64,000 nt of DNA, taken from an uncultured virus (IMG/VR IMGVR_UViG_3300032331_003338). Taxonomy: Duplodnaviria; Heunggongvirae; Uroviricota; Caudoviricetes. Within the stretch, counting starts at the first letter, position 1, and every line of letters begins with the position of its first letter. A program made the translations under genes and the position numbers. Positions 51,559-59,863 of this stretch are shown here, piece after piece. The notes under the pieces were generated by a model. That model worked only from the letters and a program-made list of their open reading frames with translations. It was not told the origin of the DNA and searched no databases. Where the stretch lies: IMG/VR virus record IMGVR_UViG_3300032331_003338; one strand, written 5' to 3'.

Positions 51559-52031
51559 GGTGGTATAACGATCTGCCCTTCGAGCTGGTTGTGCCAATTG
51601 ACATGCCCAAATCTTCCCTGGCCCCGTGGAAGAGGTCGCTTCAGCTTATCGCCCGTGCAAAAGGTGAATTCAATATCAAGGTGAAGACTGTCAGAATTCA
51701 TCATCATGACCCGGAGCGAACGCGCTACGGGCACTACCATCCAATGGGATACACCTACTCAGACGATGCAGAAATGGTATTGTGCGCGAAGGACATTGAC
51801 ACGGCGCTTCATGAGATGGCACATATCTGGTCAAACGAGAACCATACCCAGAAGTGGGCGTCAAAGTATATTCGACTAGCTCAGGAGTATATGAACGCGA
51901 AAGAGCTAGATGCGGCCATCCGGCACTCCGCAGAAAATTACAAATGCGTCAAAGAGCGAGCAAAGCGCATGGGAATCATTCGCATGAAGCGCCGCAAGGT
52001 ACGTCAGCATTATTGCGCCGGGAGGTATTAA
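51555..52031 (+). CDS. Zincin-like metallopeptidase
   Basis: TALHEMAH....NH...W. Confidence 0.7.
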   Translation: MRWYNDLPFELVVPIDMPKSSLAPWKRSLQLIARAKGEFNIKVKTVRIHHHDPERTRYGHYHPMGYTYSDDAEMVLCAKDIDTALHEMAHIWSNENHTQKWASKYIRLAQEYMNAKELDAAIRHSAENYKCVKERAKRMGIIRMKRRKVRQHYCAGRY

Positions 52032-52111
52032 TGATCGAGGCAATTATTTGGATAATGATTTGCGCGTTCGCCTTGATCATTGGATCAGTCTTATACACAG
52101 AGGATTGGTAG
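52031..52111 (+). CDS. 26-aa membrane peptide
   Basis: GGAGG SD; MIEAIIWIMICAFALIIGSVLYTEDW. Confidence 0.5.
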   Translation: MIEAIIWIMICAFALIIGSVLYTEDW

Positions 52112-52182
52112 GGGGACCTGGACTCGAACCAGGGACCGCCGAGATATAAGCTCGGAGCTCTAACCACCTGAGCTATCCCCCC
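52106..52182 (-). tRNA. tRNA-Ile, anticodon UAU, CCA encoded
   Basis: GGGGGGA TA GCTC AGGTGGTTA GAGC T CCGAG CTTATAT CTCGG CGGTC CCTGG TTCGAGT CCAGG TCCCCCT A CCA; complete cloverleaf. Confidence 0.92.
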
Positions 52183-52336
52183 TCGGTCCAGATTGGTCAA
52201 TCACCGCCTTAATGCACGGGGCGCAAATAAATTTAGCGTCAGGCGGAAGGGTGCCATAGTCCCAGACTCGGCTAATCACGCCGCAATGCGAGCAGACCCC
52301 CAAGTGGCTCTCGGGCGTCTTTTGCAAGCTGCGCAC
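52160..52336 (-). CDS. Small Zn-finger protein overlapping the tRNA 5' end
   Basis: MRSLQKTPESHLGVCSHCG...ICAPCIKAV...; its stop codon lies in the tRNA D-arm. Confidence 0.5.
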   Translation of the reverse strand: MRSLQKTPESHLGVCSHCGVISRVWDYGTLPPDAKFICAPCIKAVIDQSGPRGDSSGG

Positions 52337-52339
52337 AGA

Positions 52340-52486
52340 TTACTTTCCGCGCCGGTCCTTGACACGTATCGTGCGCTTTGTCTTCGCGTAAGCGGTCCTG
52401 CTGGAAGAAGAATTACGACGTCGGAATTCCCCAATAGCAGAGATGAAAATTGCCAATAAAGCGATTCCTAGGAAAATCAAACCCAT
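52340..52486 (-). CDS. Small membrane protein with basic tail
   Basis: GGAGG SD; MGLIFLGIALLAIFISAIG... Confidence 0.55.
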   Translation of the reverse strand: MGLIFLGIALLAIFISAIGEFRRRNSSSSRTAYAKTKRTIRVKDRRGK

Positions 52487-52576
52487 AAACCCTCCATCTA
52501 CACCAGGCCTACAAACGAGGCCAGTACCCAAAGTATACCACCAATCACGGTGGTGATAATCAGATCAATTGCGACG

Positions 52577-52783
52577 CTACTCATCGTCACAGCTTCCCGT
52601 GCACCAGTCGCTTCCGCAGCCCGGGCACAACCCTTTCTCACGGGCTGATTGCTGCAGTTCGTATACATTATTCCTTACATCGTCAAGAAAACCATTGCAA
52701 CAAGAGCACGCGGAATATCTTGTTCCGTAGGCGCTATCCGGACAGTCAACGTGGATATGCCCATCAAGGTGTTGGTGTTTCAT
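52577..52783 (-). CDS. Small Cys/His-rich protein
   Basis: 68 aa, AGGAG SD. Confidence 0.6.
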   Translation of the reverse strand: MKHQHLDGHIHVDCPDSAYGTRYSACSCCNGFLDDVRNNVYELQQSAREKGLCPGCGSDWCTGSCDDE

Positions 52784-52786
52784 ACG

Positions 52787-53134
52787 TTACTCCTTGTCCC
52801 TAATTTCTTCCCTTGACCTTAGCCTTACAGCAATCGCATGCGTCCCAGGAAGAGAAAGCTGCTTATCTGATTTTTCAATCAGCCCCTCTTGCACTAGCAA
52901 AGCGTAGAGATCTCCGGACCGTGTTCCGTGTGTCACCCAGAAATTTTTGGGGCCAGGGTCTTGCGGAGCGTTGAGCTGGAGCGTTAAATACGGCTCCCCG
53001 GTTTCGTCATTGATTGAGGTGCAAGTCCTATCCGACTGCACGACACGGATTTTCGTGCCATTAAGCTCCACAACGCACGATGCGTGATAGTTGTTTTCCA
53101 TATCTCTTTTCATCCTTTCTATCATTCCTATCAT
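52787..53134 (-). CDS. Hypothetical protein
   Basis: 115 aa in a coupled gene run. Confidence 0.65.
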   Translation of the reverse strand: MIGMIERMKRDMENNYHASCVVELNGTKIRVVQSDRTCTSINDETGEPYLTLQLNAPQDPGPKNFWVTHGTRSGDLYALLVQEGLIEKSDKQLSLPGTHAIAVRLRSREEIRDKE

Positions 53135-53463
53135 ATGTGCTCATGCTCGCAGCAGTTGCCTTCTGAGCAACCGATACAAGCACAGACATCGCAGGGAATC
53201 CATACCCGCTCATTAATCACCGGGTGCGGTTGGGCCTCAAGGGCATACCTTAGGGTGTCCCTCATCTCCTGATGCCACGACTGCATGCAGAGCGTCCCTT
53301 GGGAATTCCCGCACTCACATTCAGACACCATGGAAAAGAAATAAGCGGACTTTGCGTCAAGCAGGCCAGCAGTATATTTAGCATACGCTTGCTCTAGCGA
53401 CAGATCTTTTATTTCTTTTTCTGTCACGGCTACACAATCCTCCCAACAAGCTCGTGATTCCAT
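53131..53463 (-). CDS. Cys-rich hypothetical protein
   Basis: 110 aa, ATGA-coupled to the next gene. Confidence 0.6.
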   Translation of the reverse strand: MESRACWEDCVAVTEKEIKDLSLEQAYAKYTAGLLDAKSAYFFSMVSECECGNSQGTLCMQSWHQEMRDTLRYALEAQPHPVINERVWIPCDVCACIGCSEGNCCEHEHI

Positions 53464-53621
53464 GAGTCACCGCATAGTTTGCATAGATATTCGGTGTCGT
53501 TACTATACCTTTTTAGCTCAAGCTGGCACCTAATGCATACGGTCCGAACACAGGTGCCGCACCACACGATACGAACGCCTTCTTCAACACAGCCACAAGA
53601 ACAATAATTATAGTCCGTCAT
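53430..53621 (-). CDS. Small Cys-rich protein
   Basis: Several CxxC pairs. Confidence 0.55.
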   Translation of the reverse strand: MTDYNYCSCGCVEEGVRIVWCGTCVRTVCIRCQLELKRYSNDTEYLCKLCGDSWNHELVGRIV

Positions 53622-53623
53622 GC

Positions 53624-54004
53624 TTAATTGCTGCCCTCGACGCTTTCTACATATGGAATCTCAATAACTGGCGTCGAGCTATGATCGCCGCTATCTTTGC
53701 AGAAATATGATCGGCTGATCGTACCTCCGCCGGCATAGACATTGACATAAATGTATTCCCAGCCAACGGCATCAAACACCGTGTTGCATCCATCAATTGC
53801 TCCCTGCCAATAGGCGACATCGGTCGTGGCGACAACCGCTCGTTTCCAGCCATCGCGGCTGCCCTCAGCAAAGCCAGCTACATGCCCCTCGGAAAGACCA
53901 GAAGACACGCCAACCTGGTGGCCGAGCAATCCTGCCAATACGGCCGCCCCAAGCGCTGCAGCGACGAAATAGTTCTTTTGCTTTGACGTTATGTTCATCA
54001 TCAA
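53624..54004 (-). CDS. Membrane-anchored/exported hypothetical protein
   Basis: N-terminal TM, G...G...G periodic segment, AGGAGG SD. Confidence 0.65.
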   Translation of the reverse strand: MMMNITSKQKNYFVAAALGAAVLAGLLGHQVGVSSGLSEGHVAGFAEGSRDGWKRAVVATTDVAYWQGAIDGCNTVFDAVGWEYIYVNVYAGGGTISRSYFCKDSGDHSSTPVIEIPYVESVEGSN

Positions 54005-54008
54005 CCTC

Positions 54009-54422
54009 CTATAGCGACGTTAGGTGCACGCCGGTGTAGGCAGGCAAGTCGCCAACCTCAGGCTGCGTGTTTGTTTCATGCCACGTCCAATTCATTGCGC
54101 CAATGTCGTACCTGCCACAGCATGTGGTTGCGGATATGCGCAAAGGGGCATCGTCAACTTCTCTCCCACCGCCAAACATTACAATTTCCCGAGTGGCTGG
54201 GTCAAAGGACGCAATCTCTACCCCATCAACCCCATACTCTGAGGCGAGGAGGTGGCTATCCGCACATATCTTCATGGCCGTAGCAAAGTCAAAGGCTGGG
54301 CATGCCCATCCATTCCAGCGGTATCCGGTCCGCACTCTCGCTGGATACGCCGACATCACGCCTTCATCAATCCATACCGTTGCATCTACGCTTGCTGCTG
54401 GGTTGCAATAATCGCACGACAT
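54009..54422 (-). CDS. Conserved phage hypothetical protein
   Basis: WNGWACP.F...Y.IGA..WTW. Confidence 0.7.
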   Translation of the reverse strand: MSCDYCNPAASVDATVWIDEGVMSAYPARVRTGYRWNGWACPAFDFATAMKICADSHLLASEYGVDGVEIASFDPATREIVMFGGGREVDDAPLRISATTCCGRYDIGAMNWTWHETNTQPEVGDLPAYTGVHLTSL

Positions 54423-54434
54423 AACTACCCCTTC

Positions 54435-54635
54435 CTACTCAGTCTCTTCATTATATTCTTGAGCCATAAGCCCAAGGCTTGGAACGCTAAACCGATACGC
54501 CGTCTTGCTACGCGGCCGATGCTCTTCTCGGCAGGTCTCACATACCATGCCACCAAGTGGATGCCATGCGAGCTCGCCATGCTTCGCATTATTCGGACAT
54601 GTCGCCCGAGGATCAGTTCCGCGCTTCTTTGCCAT
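54435..54635 (-). CDS. Small Zn-binding protein
   Basis: C....H...CETC. Confidence 0.55.
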   Translation of the reverse strand: MAKKRGTDPRATCPNNAKHGELAWHPLGGMVCETCREEHRPRSKTAYRFSVPSLGLMAQEYNEETE

Positions 54636-54852
54636 GCTTATCCATCTCTTCTAGGATTCCGGCAATCATCTTATCTCCGGCATCCCGTGCTTCTGCTGCA
54701 ATTTCCTGATACGAGCTGTCAATGAAATGTTCGGCCTGCTCAATCGTCCAGTCAGGCTTTACCCTCAAGATGTCTGGCACGCCCCACTTCACCACAATAG
54801 AAACAATCTGCAGCTCTTCTCGGATTTCGTCGTCGGTCATTTCCGGGCTCAT
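54613..54852 (-). CDS. Hypothetical protein
   Basis: W...DI...PDWT.EQA..F pattern. Confidence 0.65.
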   Translation of the reverse strand: MSPEMTDDEIREELQIVSIVVKWGVPDILRVKPDWTIEQAEHFIDSSYQEIAAEARDAGDKMIAGILEEMDKHGKEARN

Positions 54853-55109
54853 TGTAGGTCAACCCAAAACTTACGGCAGGATTCGGCCAAGCTGCATGCT
54901 CCTGGGTCATGTTGAACTGGAGTAGAGACCCACTCGCCACAGTCTTCGCATGACTCGCCACACTCAGACATATCATCAGTGTCAAAGATTGGCATGACGT
55001 GGTTACCCTCTTTGTCCAGCACCATCTCGTCGAGCTTATGGAATCTAACCCCGGCACACGATATGCAGTGGATTCCCGCTTCGTAGGTATACCCTATGAC
55101 ATGCATCAC
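54849..55109 (-). CDS. Small Cys-rich protein
   Basis: GYTYEA..HC..C...D.EGN...PIF...C..CG; AGGAGG SD. Confidence 0.7.
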   Translation of the reverse strand: MMHVIGYTYEAGIHCISCAGVRFHKLDEMVLDKEGNHVMPIFDTDDMSECGESCEDCGEWVSTPVQHDPGACSLAESCRKFWVDLQ

Positions 55110-55145
55110 TACCTCCTACTATCAGCGGGAATGCCCCGCCGTTGC

Positions 55146-55174
55146 ATCATACGACCAGAGTATTAGATTGTCAA
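55146..55174 (-). promoter_or_regulatory. Sigma70-type promoter plus leader hairpin (55125-55139)
   Basis: TTGACA-17-TATGAT. Confidence 0.8.
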
Positions 55175-55506
55175 CCTACTTTTATCGCAGCCTGCATATC
55201 CTTGACGGCCGCCCGTATCTCATGAATTCGATAGTGCTGCTCAGAGCTTGCCTCACTTCGGCCATCAAGGTACGACTTGATGCCATCTGCTACAGCGCGC
55301 TTGCTGGCATACCCGATATGAGGGAGCACATCCCTGACTCCTCCGCCCTCACTGATGATCTGGACAAGCTTCTGTCCGCCGTATGCCCCCATCAGGTAGT
55401 AGCACCCAACCTCAGGGTAGACACGTTTCAACTCAGGGTCTCCGGCGTGGTTGAGCAAACGGATAAGCTGTTCAAGCTCCGATTTGGTCGTTTGTCTTGT
55501 GGTCAC
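55171..55506 (-). CDS. Conserved phage early-type protein
   Basis: Y.L.GAYGG.KL......GG..D...GY..KR; AAGGAG SD before GTG. Confidence 0.7.
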   Translation of the reverse strand: MTTRQTTKSELEQLIRLLNHAGDPELKRVYPEVGCYYLMGAYGGQKLVQIISEGGGVRDVLPHIGYASKRAVADGIKSYLDGRSEASSEQHYRIHEIRAAVKDMQAAIKVG

Positions 55507-55637
55507 GCAGATACTCCTTCTCTCGCTTATTGACACAGGCATCGCACAGCGTTGCGGTTGTGCCGTTGGGGTCTAGCCATACTGCTCTGGCAACATCCAT
55601 ACAGTCTAGGCACTTCAGCGCGGTCTTCGGGTTTGCC

Positions 55638-55844
55638 TTACTTCGAATGACGAGTGGCTGCAATTTCTGCCCTCCTTCGCTTCTCATATGCCAACTTGCG
55701 CGCATGCTGCGCTTCCGTCATTGGCTTCCTCGGAGAGCGGAACTCCATCTCACACGCAATGCACTTGAGGCTTCCTGGCTTGCGGTAGAACTCCGTATCC
55801 GCCGGCCAGTTCTTCTGGCACACCCTACATTTCTTCCTTGCCAT
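55638..55844 (-). CDS. Small Zn-finger basic protein, paralog of 28219-28467
   Basis: CRVC..WPADTEFYR...CIACE; AAGGAG SD. Confidence 0.7.
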   Translation of the reverse strand: MARKKCRVCQKNWPADTEFYRKPGSLKCIACEMEFRSPRKPMTEAQHARKLAYEKRRRAEIAATRHSK

Positions 55845-55901
55845 CAACACTCCTTCCTTGGTGCAGGGTGACTGGGGTACACCGATCACCCTGCATGGAT
55901 G

Positions 55902-55930
55902 ATACTAGGGCATGAGAATCGGGCTGTCAA
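55902..55930 (-). promoter_or_regulatory. Sigma70-type promoter plus leader hairpin (55862-55895)
   Basis: TTGACA-17-TAGTAT; stem TGCAGGGTGA/TCACCCTGCA. Confidence 0.8.
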
Positions 55931-56568
55931 TCTTTTGGCTTTGGCTCATAGTTCCAGGAGTCCTGATCGCCAAGCTTCCATCTTCCTGTCTCGGCAGCAA
56001 ACTCCTTGGTGCTGACCTTAAAGTCGGGCAGCTTTGGCTCCTTTGCCACAAGGGCCTCATCAAGCCAGAGCACCCTGTTGTTTGGCTGCGCGGCAAATTG
56101 TCCGTTGTCTAGCCGGATGAAGTTATAAGATTTATGTTCGGAGGGGACACGCGCCCAGTTCGCATCGATCTCATTGGGGTCGGTATGAACCATGTCAACG
56201 GTAAATAGGTAGTGCCCCTCACTCCATGTTCCCGTTGGGGTTCGAAACTTACAGCGCATGTTCTTTAGCACGGCCTTCTCAATCACGCTGAGCTGCGGGG
56301 AGATCGCGTCCCAAAGCTGTAGGTCGCCAAGCTTAAGGTCTGGGCTTGGGGTTTGCGGCTTCCAGACAAAGGCGCTGATTGGCAGTTTGTCATAGAGCGC
56401 GCCATACTCAGGCAGGAACGCCTCAATGTAGAGGGCGCGGTGACGGATTGCCTTGACCGTAACCCAGTAGGCAGGAGTAAACTCCCCGTGCCCATCCTGC
56501 AAGTCCCGCAGGTACTCCTTGCGTACATAGCAGGAGATCGGTGGAATGTTGGCGATTGCATAAGACAT
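55927..56568 (-). CDS. Conserved phage hypothetical protein
   Basis: ANIPP...VRKEYL.D...HGE...LPISAF...LQLWD...YLFT.D...EHK...L.NGQFAAQPNNR. Confidence 0.8.
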   Translation of the reverse strand: MSYAIANIPPISCYVRKEYLRDLQDGHGEFTPAYWVTVKAIRHRALYIEAFLPEYGALYDKLPISAFVWKPQTPSPDLKLGDLQLWDAISPQLSVIEKAVLKNMRCKFRTPTGTWSEGHYLFTVDMVHTDPNEIDANWARVPSEHKSYNFIRLDNGQFAAQPNNRVLWLDEALVAKEPKLPDFKVSTKEFAAETGRWKLGDQDSWNYEPKPKD

Positions 56569-57296
56569 GACTCACCCCTTTCGTGCTGAAGATTACCATA
56601 GGCTATCCCGCCAGCGAGCCCGAGGCTAGGCCCGAAGACTCGTGAGAGGCTGAGTCGTGAGAGAGGGGTCGTGGTGCCGTGAGGCAGGCGCCGTACAAGC
56701 ACCATAGAGAAAGAAAGAAACTAAGAGAGAGCAGTAGAGACCAATACATTCGATCATGGGTGGCTCATGGCTGCTCTGGGGACGTGCTTACTCCTTCTGT
56801 TCTTTTCTATCTCTCTCTGCCTCTATCTCTCCTTCTTTCACCTCCGGGCGTGACTCCGGGGATATGACCAGCTATGACCAGGGGTGGGTATTTATTTTGC
56901 TGAGTTATGAGATTGTGGTGAAAGGGGGATTTGATCGGGGAAGATACTATGTGGGTGGTGGGTTTTTGGTCATCCGAACATCGGGGGCACGCGGACACCG
57001 TTTTAACCTTCCACCAGAACCCATCAATACCCACTTATCCACACTTCTCCAAGATTGTTGACAAATCACCACAAACCTTATTCCAGCCAGTTATTCGAGT
57101 TATTCATCCCAGTTATTCAGACATTATTACGCTAGTATTAAGATTCCCTAACACTGCCAATGTCCGTGCGCACAGACACCCCTACCATGCCTCAACCCCG
57201 TGCGATACCCCGGGGGAGTATTGCCCTACTTGACGATGTGATACCCATACCTTATGGTGGTGCTGCGCCACTTGGCGTGCTGTAGTAGGAGGCTGT
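56569..57296. other. Large non-coding divergence region
   Basis: No credible ORF; purine and pyrimidine tracts and short repeats; genes diverge on both sides. Confidence 0.65.
57230..57292 (+). promoter_or_regulatory. Promoter / ACTT hairpin / SD cassette 1
   Basis: TTGACG-17-TATGGT; GCGCC-ACTT-GGCGT; AGGAGG. Confidence 0.75.
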
Positions 57297-57404
57297 ATGG
57301 CAATAGGTATAGCGAAGTGCCTAGAGTGTGGCCGGGTGTTCGATCTCACGATTGAAGCTGAGGCGAACGAATGGTTCCATGGCCATGATTGTGAGGGTGA
57401 GTAG
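57297..57404 (+). CDS. 35-aa Zn-binding microprotein
   Basis: MAIGIAKCLECGRVFDLTIEAEANEWFHGHDCEGE; AGGAGG SD. Confidence 0.7.
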   Translation: MAIGIAKCLECGRVFDLTIEAEANEWFHGHDCEGE

Positions 57405-57405
57405 G

Positions 57406-57567
57406 ATGGCGAATCCAGAGGACGATGGGTATGAGCCCTGTGCTAACTGCGGAGATGAGTGGAGCGAGACCTTAGGGGATAGCGGCCAGTCTCTCTGTGA
57501 GCAGTGCTTTAATACATGGAAGTGCGGCTGTACAACCGGCTGTGAAAGTTGTAGGGAGGATGAGTAG
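57406..57567 (+). CDS. Small Cys-rich protein
   Basis: CANC, CEQC, CGC, CESC. Confidence 0.6.
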   Translation: MANPEDDGYEPCANCGDEWSETLGDSGQSLCEQCFNTWKCGCTTGCESCREDE

Positions 57568-57847
57568 CATGTATCTCCATGAGGAATGCCCAGCTCCAGG
57601 GGGGCGTAATAACGATGGGATCGTTGAGGGTATCTACCTTAGCGGCTCGATCAGCGCATCCTTTAATCCCGTAGGCCGCACCTTCGAATGGGATGGCGAC
57701 GGCAATGGTGGGTACTCGGTGGACTCAATCGTCTGCCTTGATTGCGACGCAACTCTGTGGCAGGATGAGGACTTCGGAACGAACTTGACGCGAGTCCAGA
57801 ATGGCTTGCTTCAGGGGCGGTATCCGTCAGTAGTATGGAAGGAGTAG
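57560..57847 (+). CDS. Hypothetical Zn-binding protein
   Basis: HEEC...CLDC; GGAGG SD (start at 57560 or 57569). Confidence 0.6.
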   Translation: MSSMYLHEECPAPGGRNNDGIVEGIYLSGSISASFNPVGRTFEWDGDGNGGYSVDSIVCLDCDATLWQDEDFGTNLTRVQNGLLQGRYPSVVWKE

Positions 57848-57849
57848 AC

Positions 57850-58116
57850 ATGGCAGACGGACAACGCTATAGCAATGGAATGCTTGAGGGGTTTCTCAAT
57901 GGCAGGGCGCAGTTGGCAATGGGGTACATCCATGATCACCTCAAGGGGACTGCCGTGCTGACGAAGAAGGAGCTAGCCGCATGGCAGGATGCCGTGGCGC
58001 ATGCTAGTGATGCCCTGAGCGAGTACCAAGAGAACGGAGACTCCGAGAAGGTCAAGGAGCTTACCGGCTTGATGATGGATGCGACAGACAAGGCGATCTC
58101 CCTCCGCAACGCCTAG
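57850..58116 (+). CDS. Hypothetical helical protein
   Basis: GGAG SD before ATG 57850. Confidence 0.65.
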   Translation: MADGQRYSNGMLEGFLNGRAQLAMGYIHDHLKGTAVLTKKELAAWQDAVAHASDALSEYQENGDSEKVKELTGLMMDATDKAISLRNA

Positions 58117-58220
58117 TATTGTGTTGTGGTATCATGCGACAATAGGAAGGGGTAGGTATGGGTGGCTTTTGGTTTTGGGTAATGTTTTTCATTGTGGCAG
58201 GATGGTTTTTTTAGGAGGGT

Positions 58221-58505
58221 ATGATGAATAAACCTTGGACTTCAGAGCAGCACGCAACATGGATCAAGGAGCGTCAACGGCTTGGTGGCTTGGCTGCCGA
58301 GTCGCACTACATCAACACTGAGATGATTGAGCCGTTGATTGGCGCAACCATCGTTGATGCGTGGCTTGAGGTTAATACCGATACCGAGATGCTTGTTCCG
58401 GTATTTAAGATCAAGCATGCGAGCGGCAGGACATTCGTCTTTGGCGTATGGGCTGACGATGAGCAAAATAACGGCGGCAAGATTCTGTTCGCCGACATCG
58501 ACTAG
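58221..58505 (+). CDS. Conserved hypothetical protein
   Basis: L.GATI...P......D.E.N.GG pattern; AGGAGG SD. Confidence 0.7.
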   Translation: MMNKPWTSEQHATWIKERQRLGGLAAESHYINTEMIEPLIGATIVDAWLEVNTDTEMLVPVFKIKHASGRTFVFGVWADDEQNNGGKILFADID

Positions 58506-58513
58506 GAGGCGTC

Positions 58514-58708
58514 ATGAAGTACACGGTAAAGGTTCAGTACCCGCTCTATCTCGATGTTGAGATTGAAGCGGACAGCGTACCGGAAGCTCGTGCCGAGGCC
58601 ATGAAGATTGCTGAGGCCACACCGATTAAGGAGTGGGACGCCTATTCAGTCCCAGAAGTATTTGAGACGGAGTGGACAGACGAGAGTGGTCTGAACACCG
58701 TCATTTAG
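58514..58708 (+). CDS. Small acidic protein
   Basis: KY.V.V.....VEIEADS..EA...A; AGGAGG SD. Confidence 0.7.
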   Translation: MKYTVKVQYPLYLDVEIEADSVPEARAEAMKIAEATPIKEWDAYSVPEVFETEWTDESGLNTVI

Positions 58709-58716
58709 GAGGGATC

Positions 58717-58938
58717 ATGGGAAACACTACTCGACGACTCAGGAAGGACGCAAGAAAGTCGGCGAAGGCCAGGGGCCATCAGCTCGGCAAGTTCAGTCCT
58801 CTCTCTGGCTCGGGATGGAACATCAGTTCTTATTCATTATGCGTTGTGTGTGGGCGCGAAGCGGCAGTTTCCCCCACGCCCCCACCGAACGGGATCGACA
58901 TTTCCGGTGAGGCCGTAGCACTCAACTGCGGTGATTGA
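58717..58938 (+). CDS. Small basic Zn-binding protein
   Basis: RGH.L...C..CG...GEA.ALNC; AGGAGG SD. Confidence 0.65.
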   Translation: MGNTTRRLRKDARKSAKARGHQLGKFSPLSGSGWNISSYSLCVVCGREAAVSPTPPPNGIDISGEAVALNCGD

Positions 58939-58998
58939 CAGGATGATACTTACCTACTAGCATTGTGTAGCGGGGACTTCCCGCGCAGTTGTAGGAGG
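58935..58998 (+). promoter_or_regulatory. Promoter / ACTT hairpin / SD cassette 2
   Basis: TTGACA-17-TAGCAT; GCGGGG-ACTT-CCCGC; AGGAGG. Confidence 0.8.
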
Positions 58999-59003
58999 AA
59001 CAG

Positions 59004-59558
59004 ATGGACGACAGCGTTCTCAAGCTGAATGGCTATCGCGCACGCATCGAGGTAGACGAGGATTTCGACTCGGAGATGCTCGGCGACAGGATGGGGAAGT
59101 TCTATACAGGGCGTAAGGCCGCTGATCATGGCTTCCCTTCTGATGTCGTACTCTATGAGAATAGCGGCGGCATCACGCAGTTCGATAGCAGCGAGTTCTT
59201 GTATTGCTCGCCGGTGTACGGCTTCTCGCATTCGGGGCTTGCGATCAGCTTGACTCCGTTCAGTGATCCGTGGGACTCAGCGCAGATCGGCTACTACGCC
59301 GTAAGCAACTCAGAGGCCGAGGCATGGTTCGGTAAGGACTATGTTCGAGCGCAGGCTGAGGCTCAGGCAGAGGCAGAAGTCGCCGAGATCAATGAAGTGC
59401 TTCGTGGCCATGTCTACTATGTCGTGATTGAGAAGCAGTCCGATTGTGGTGCTGCTAGCCATCCTGACTTCGAGTTGGTTGATTCGATTGGCGGCTTGGT
59501 TGGATACCAACATGCCTTTGACGAGGCGCACGGACTTCTCCAGGCGGCGGCATCATGA
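59004..59558 (+). CDS. Conserved phage hypothetical protein
   Basis: PVY...HSG..IS..PF.DPWDS.Q.G...DS.GG..G. Confidence 0.75.
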   Translation: MDDSVLKLNGYRARIEVDEDFDSEMLGDRMGKFYTGRKAADHGFPSDVVLYENSGGITQFDSSEFLYCSPVYGFSHSGLAISLTPFSDPWDSAQIGYYAVSNSEAEAWFGKDYVRAQAEAQAEAEVAEINEVLRGHVYYVVIEKQSDCGAASHPDFELVDSIGGLVGYQHAFDEAHGLLQAAAS

Positions 59559-59824
59559 GCGGCCAGTTGGATGCGTGCTTTGCCTGTAAGGATGTTCTGT
59601 TCTACCCAGACGAGAAGGTCATTGGGACTTGGAACGGCGAGCCGAACACGCGCTTTGATGTTCTGGACTTTGATGAGCATAGCGGTGCGTACGAAGCTAG
59701 CCAAGAGATTCCGGACGACTATCTCGTCTATTGCCTGAACTGCGCGCCGTGCGAGTGTGGCGACCATGAACGCTTTGCCCCACACCGAGCTGTGGAGATT
59801 GACAAGCAGAACAATACCCCCTAG
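59555..59824 (+). CDS. Small Cys-rich protein
   Basis: CFAC, CLNC; ATGA coupling. Confidence 0.6.
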   Translation: MSGQLDACFACKDVLFYPDEKVIGTWNGEPNTRFDVLDFDEHSGAYEASQEIPDDYLVYCLNCAPCECGDHERFAPHRAVEIDKQNNTP

Positions 59825-59861
59825 CATCATAGATGCCGCACTTGCGGTACATAGCAGGAGG
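59799..59861 (+). promoter_or_regulatory. Promoter / ACTT hairpin / SD cassette 3
   Basis: TTGACA-17-TAGCAT; TGCCGC-ACTT-GCGGTA; AGGAGG. Confidence 0.8.
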
Positions 59862-59863
59862 AA

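Noticed and set aside
52106..52140. tRNA 3' end as an attP/att site
   Set aside because: No integrase and no duplicated tRNA fragment seen in the window.
54040..54056. GGCG-ACTT-GCC on the minus strand as a further ACTT hairpin
   Set aside because: Only a 3-bp stem, inside a coding region, with no matching promoter.
56679..57233. ORFs within the non-coding hub
   Set aside because: Low-complexity translations, no SD, mutually overlapping.
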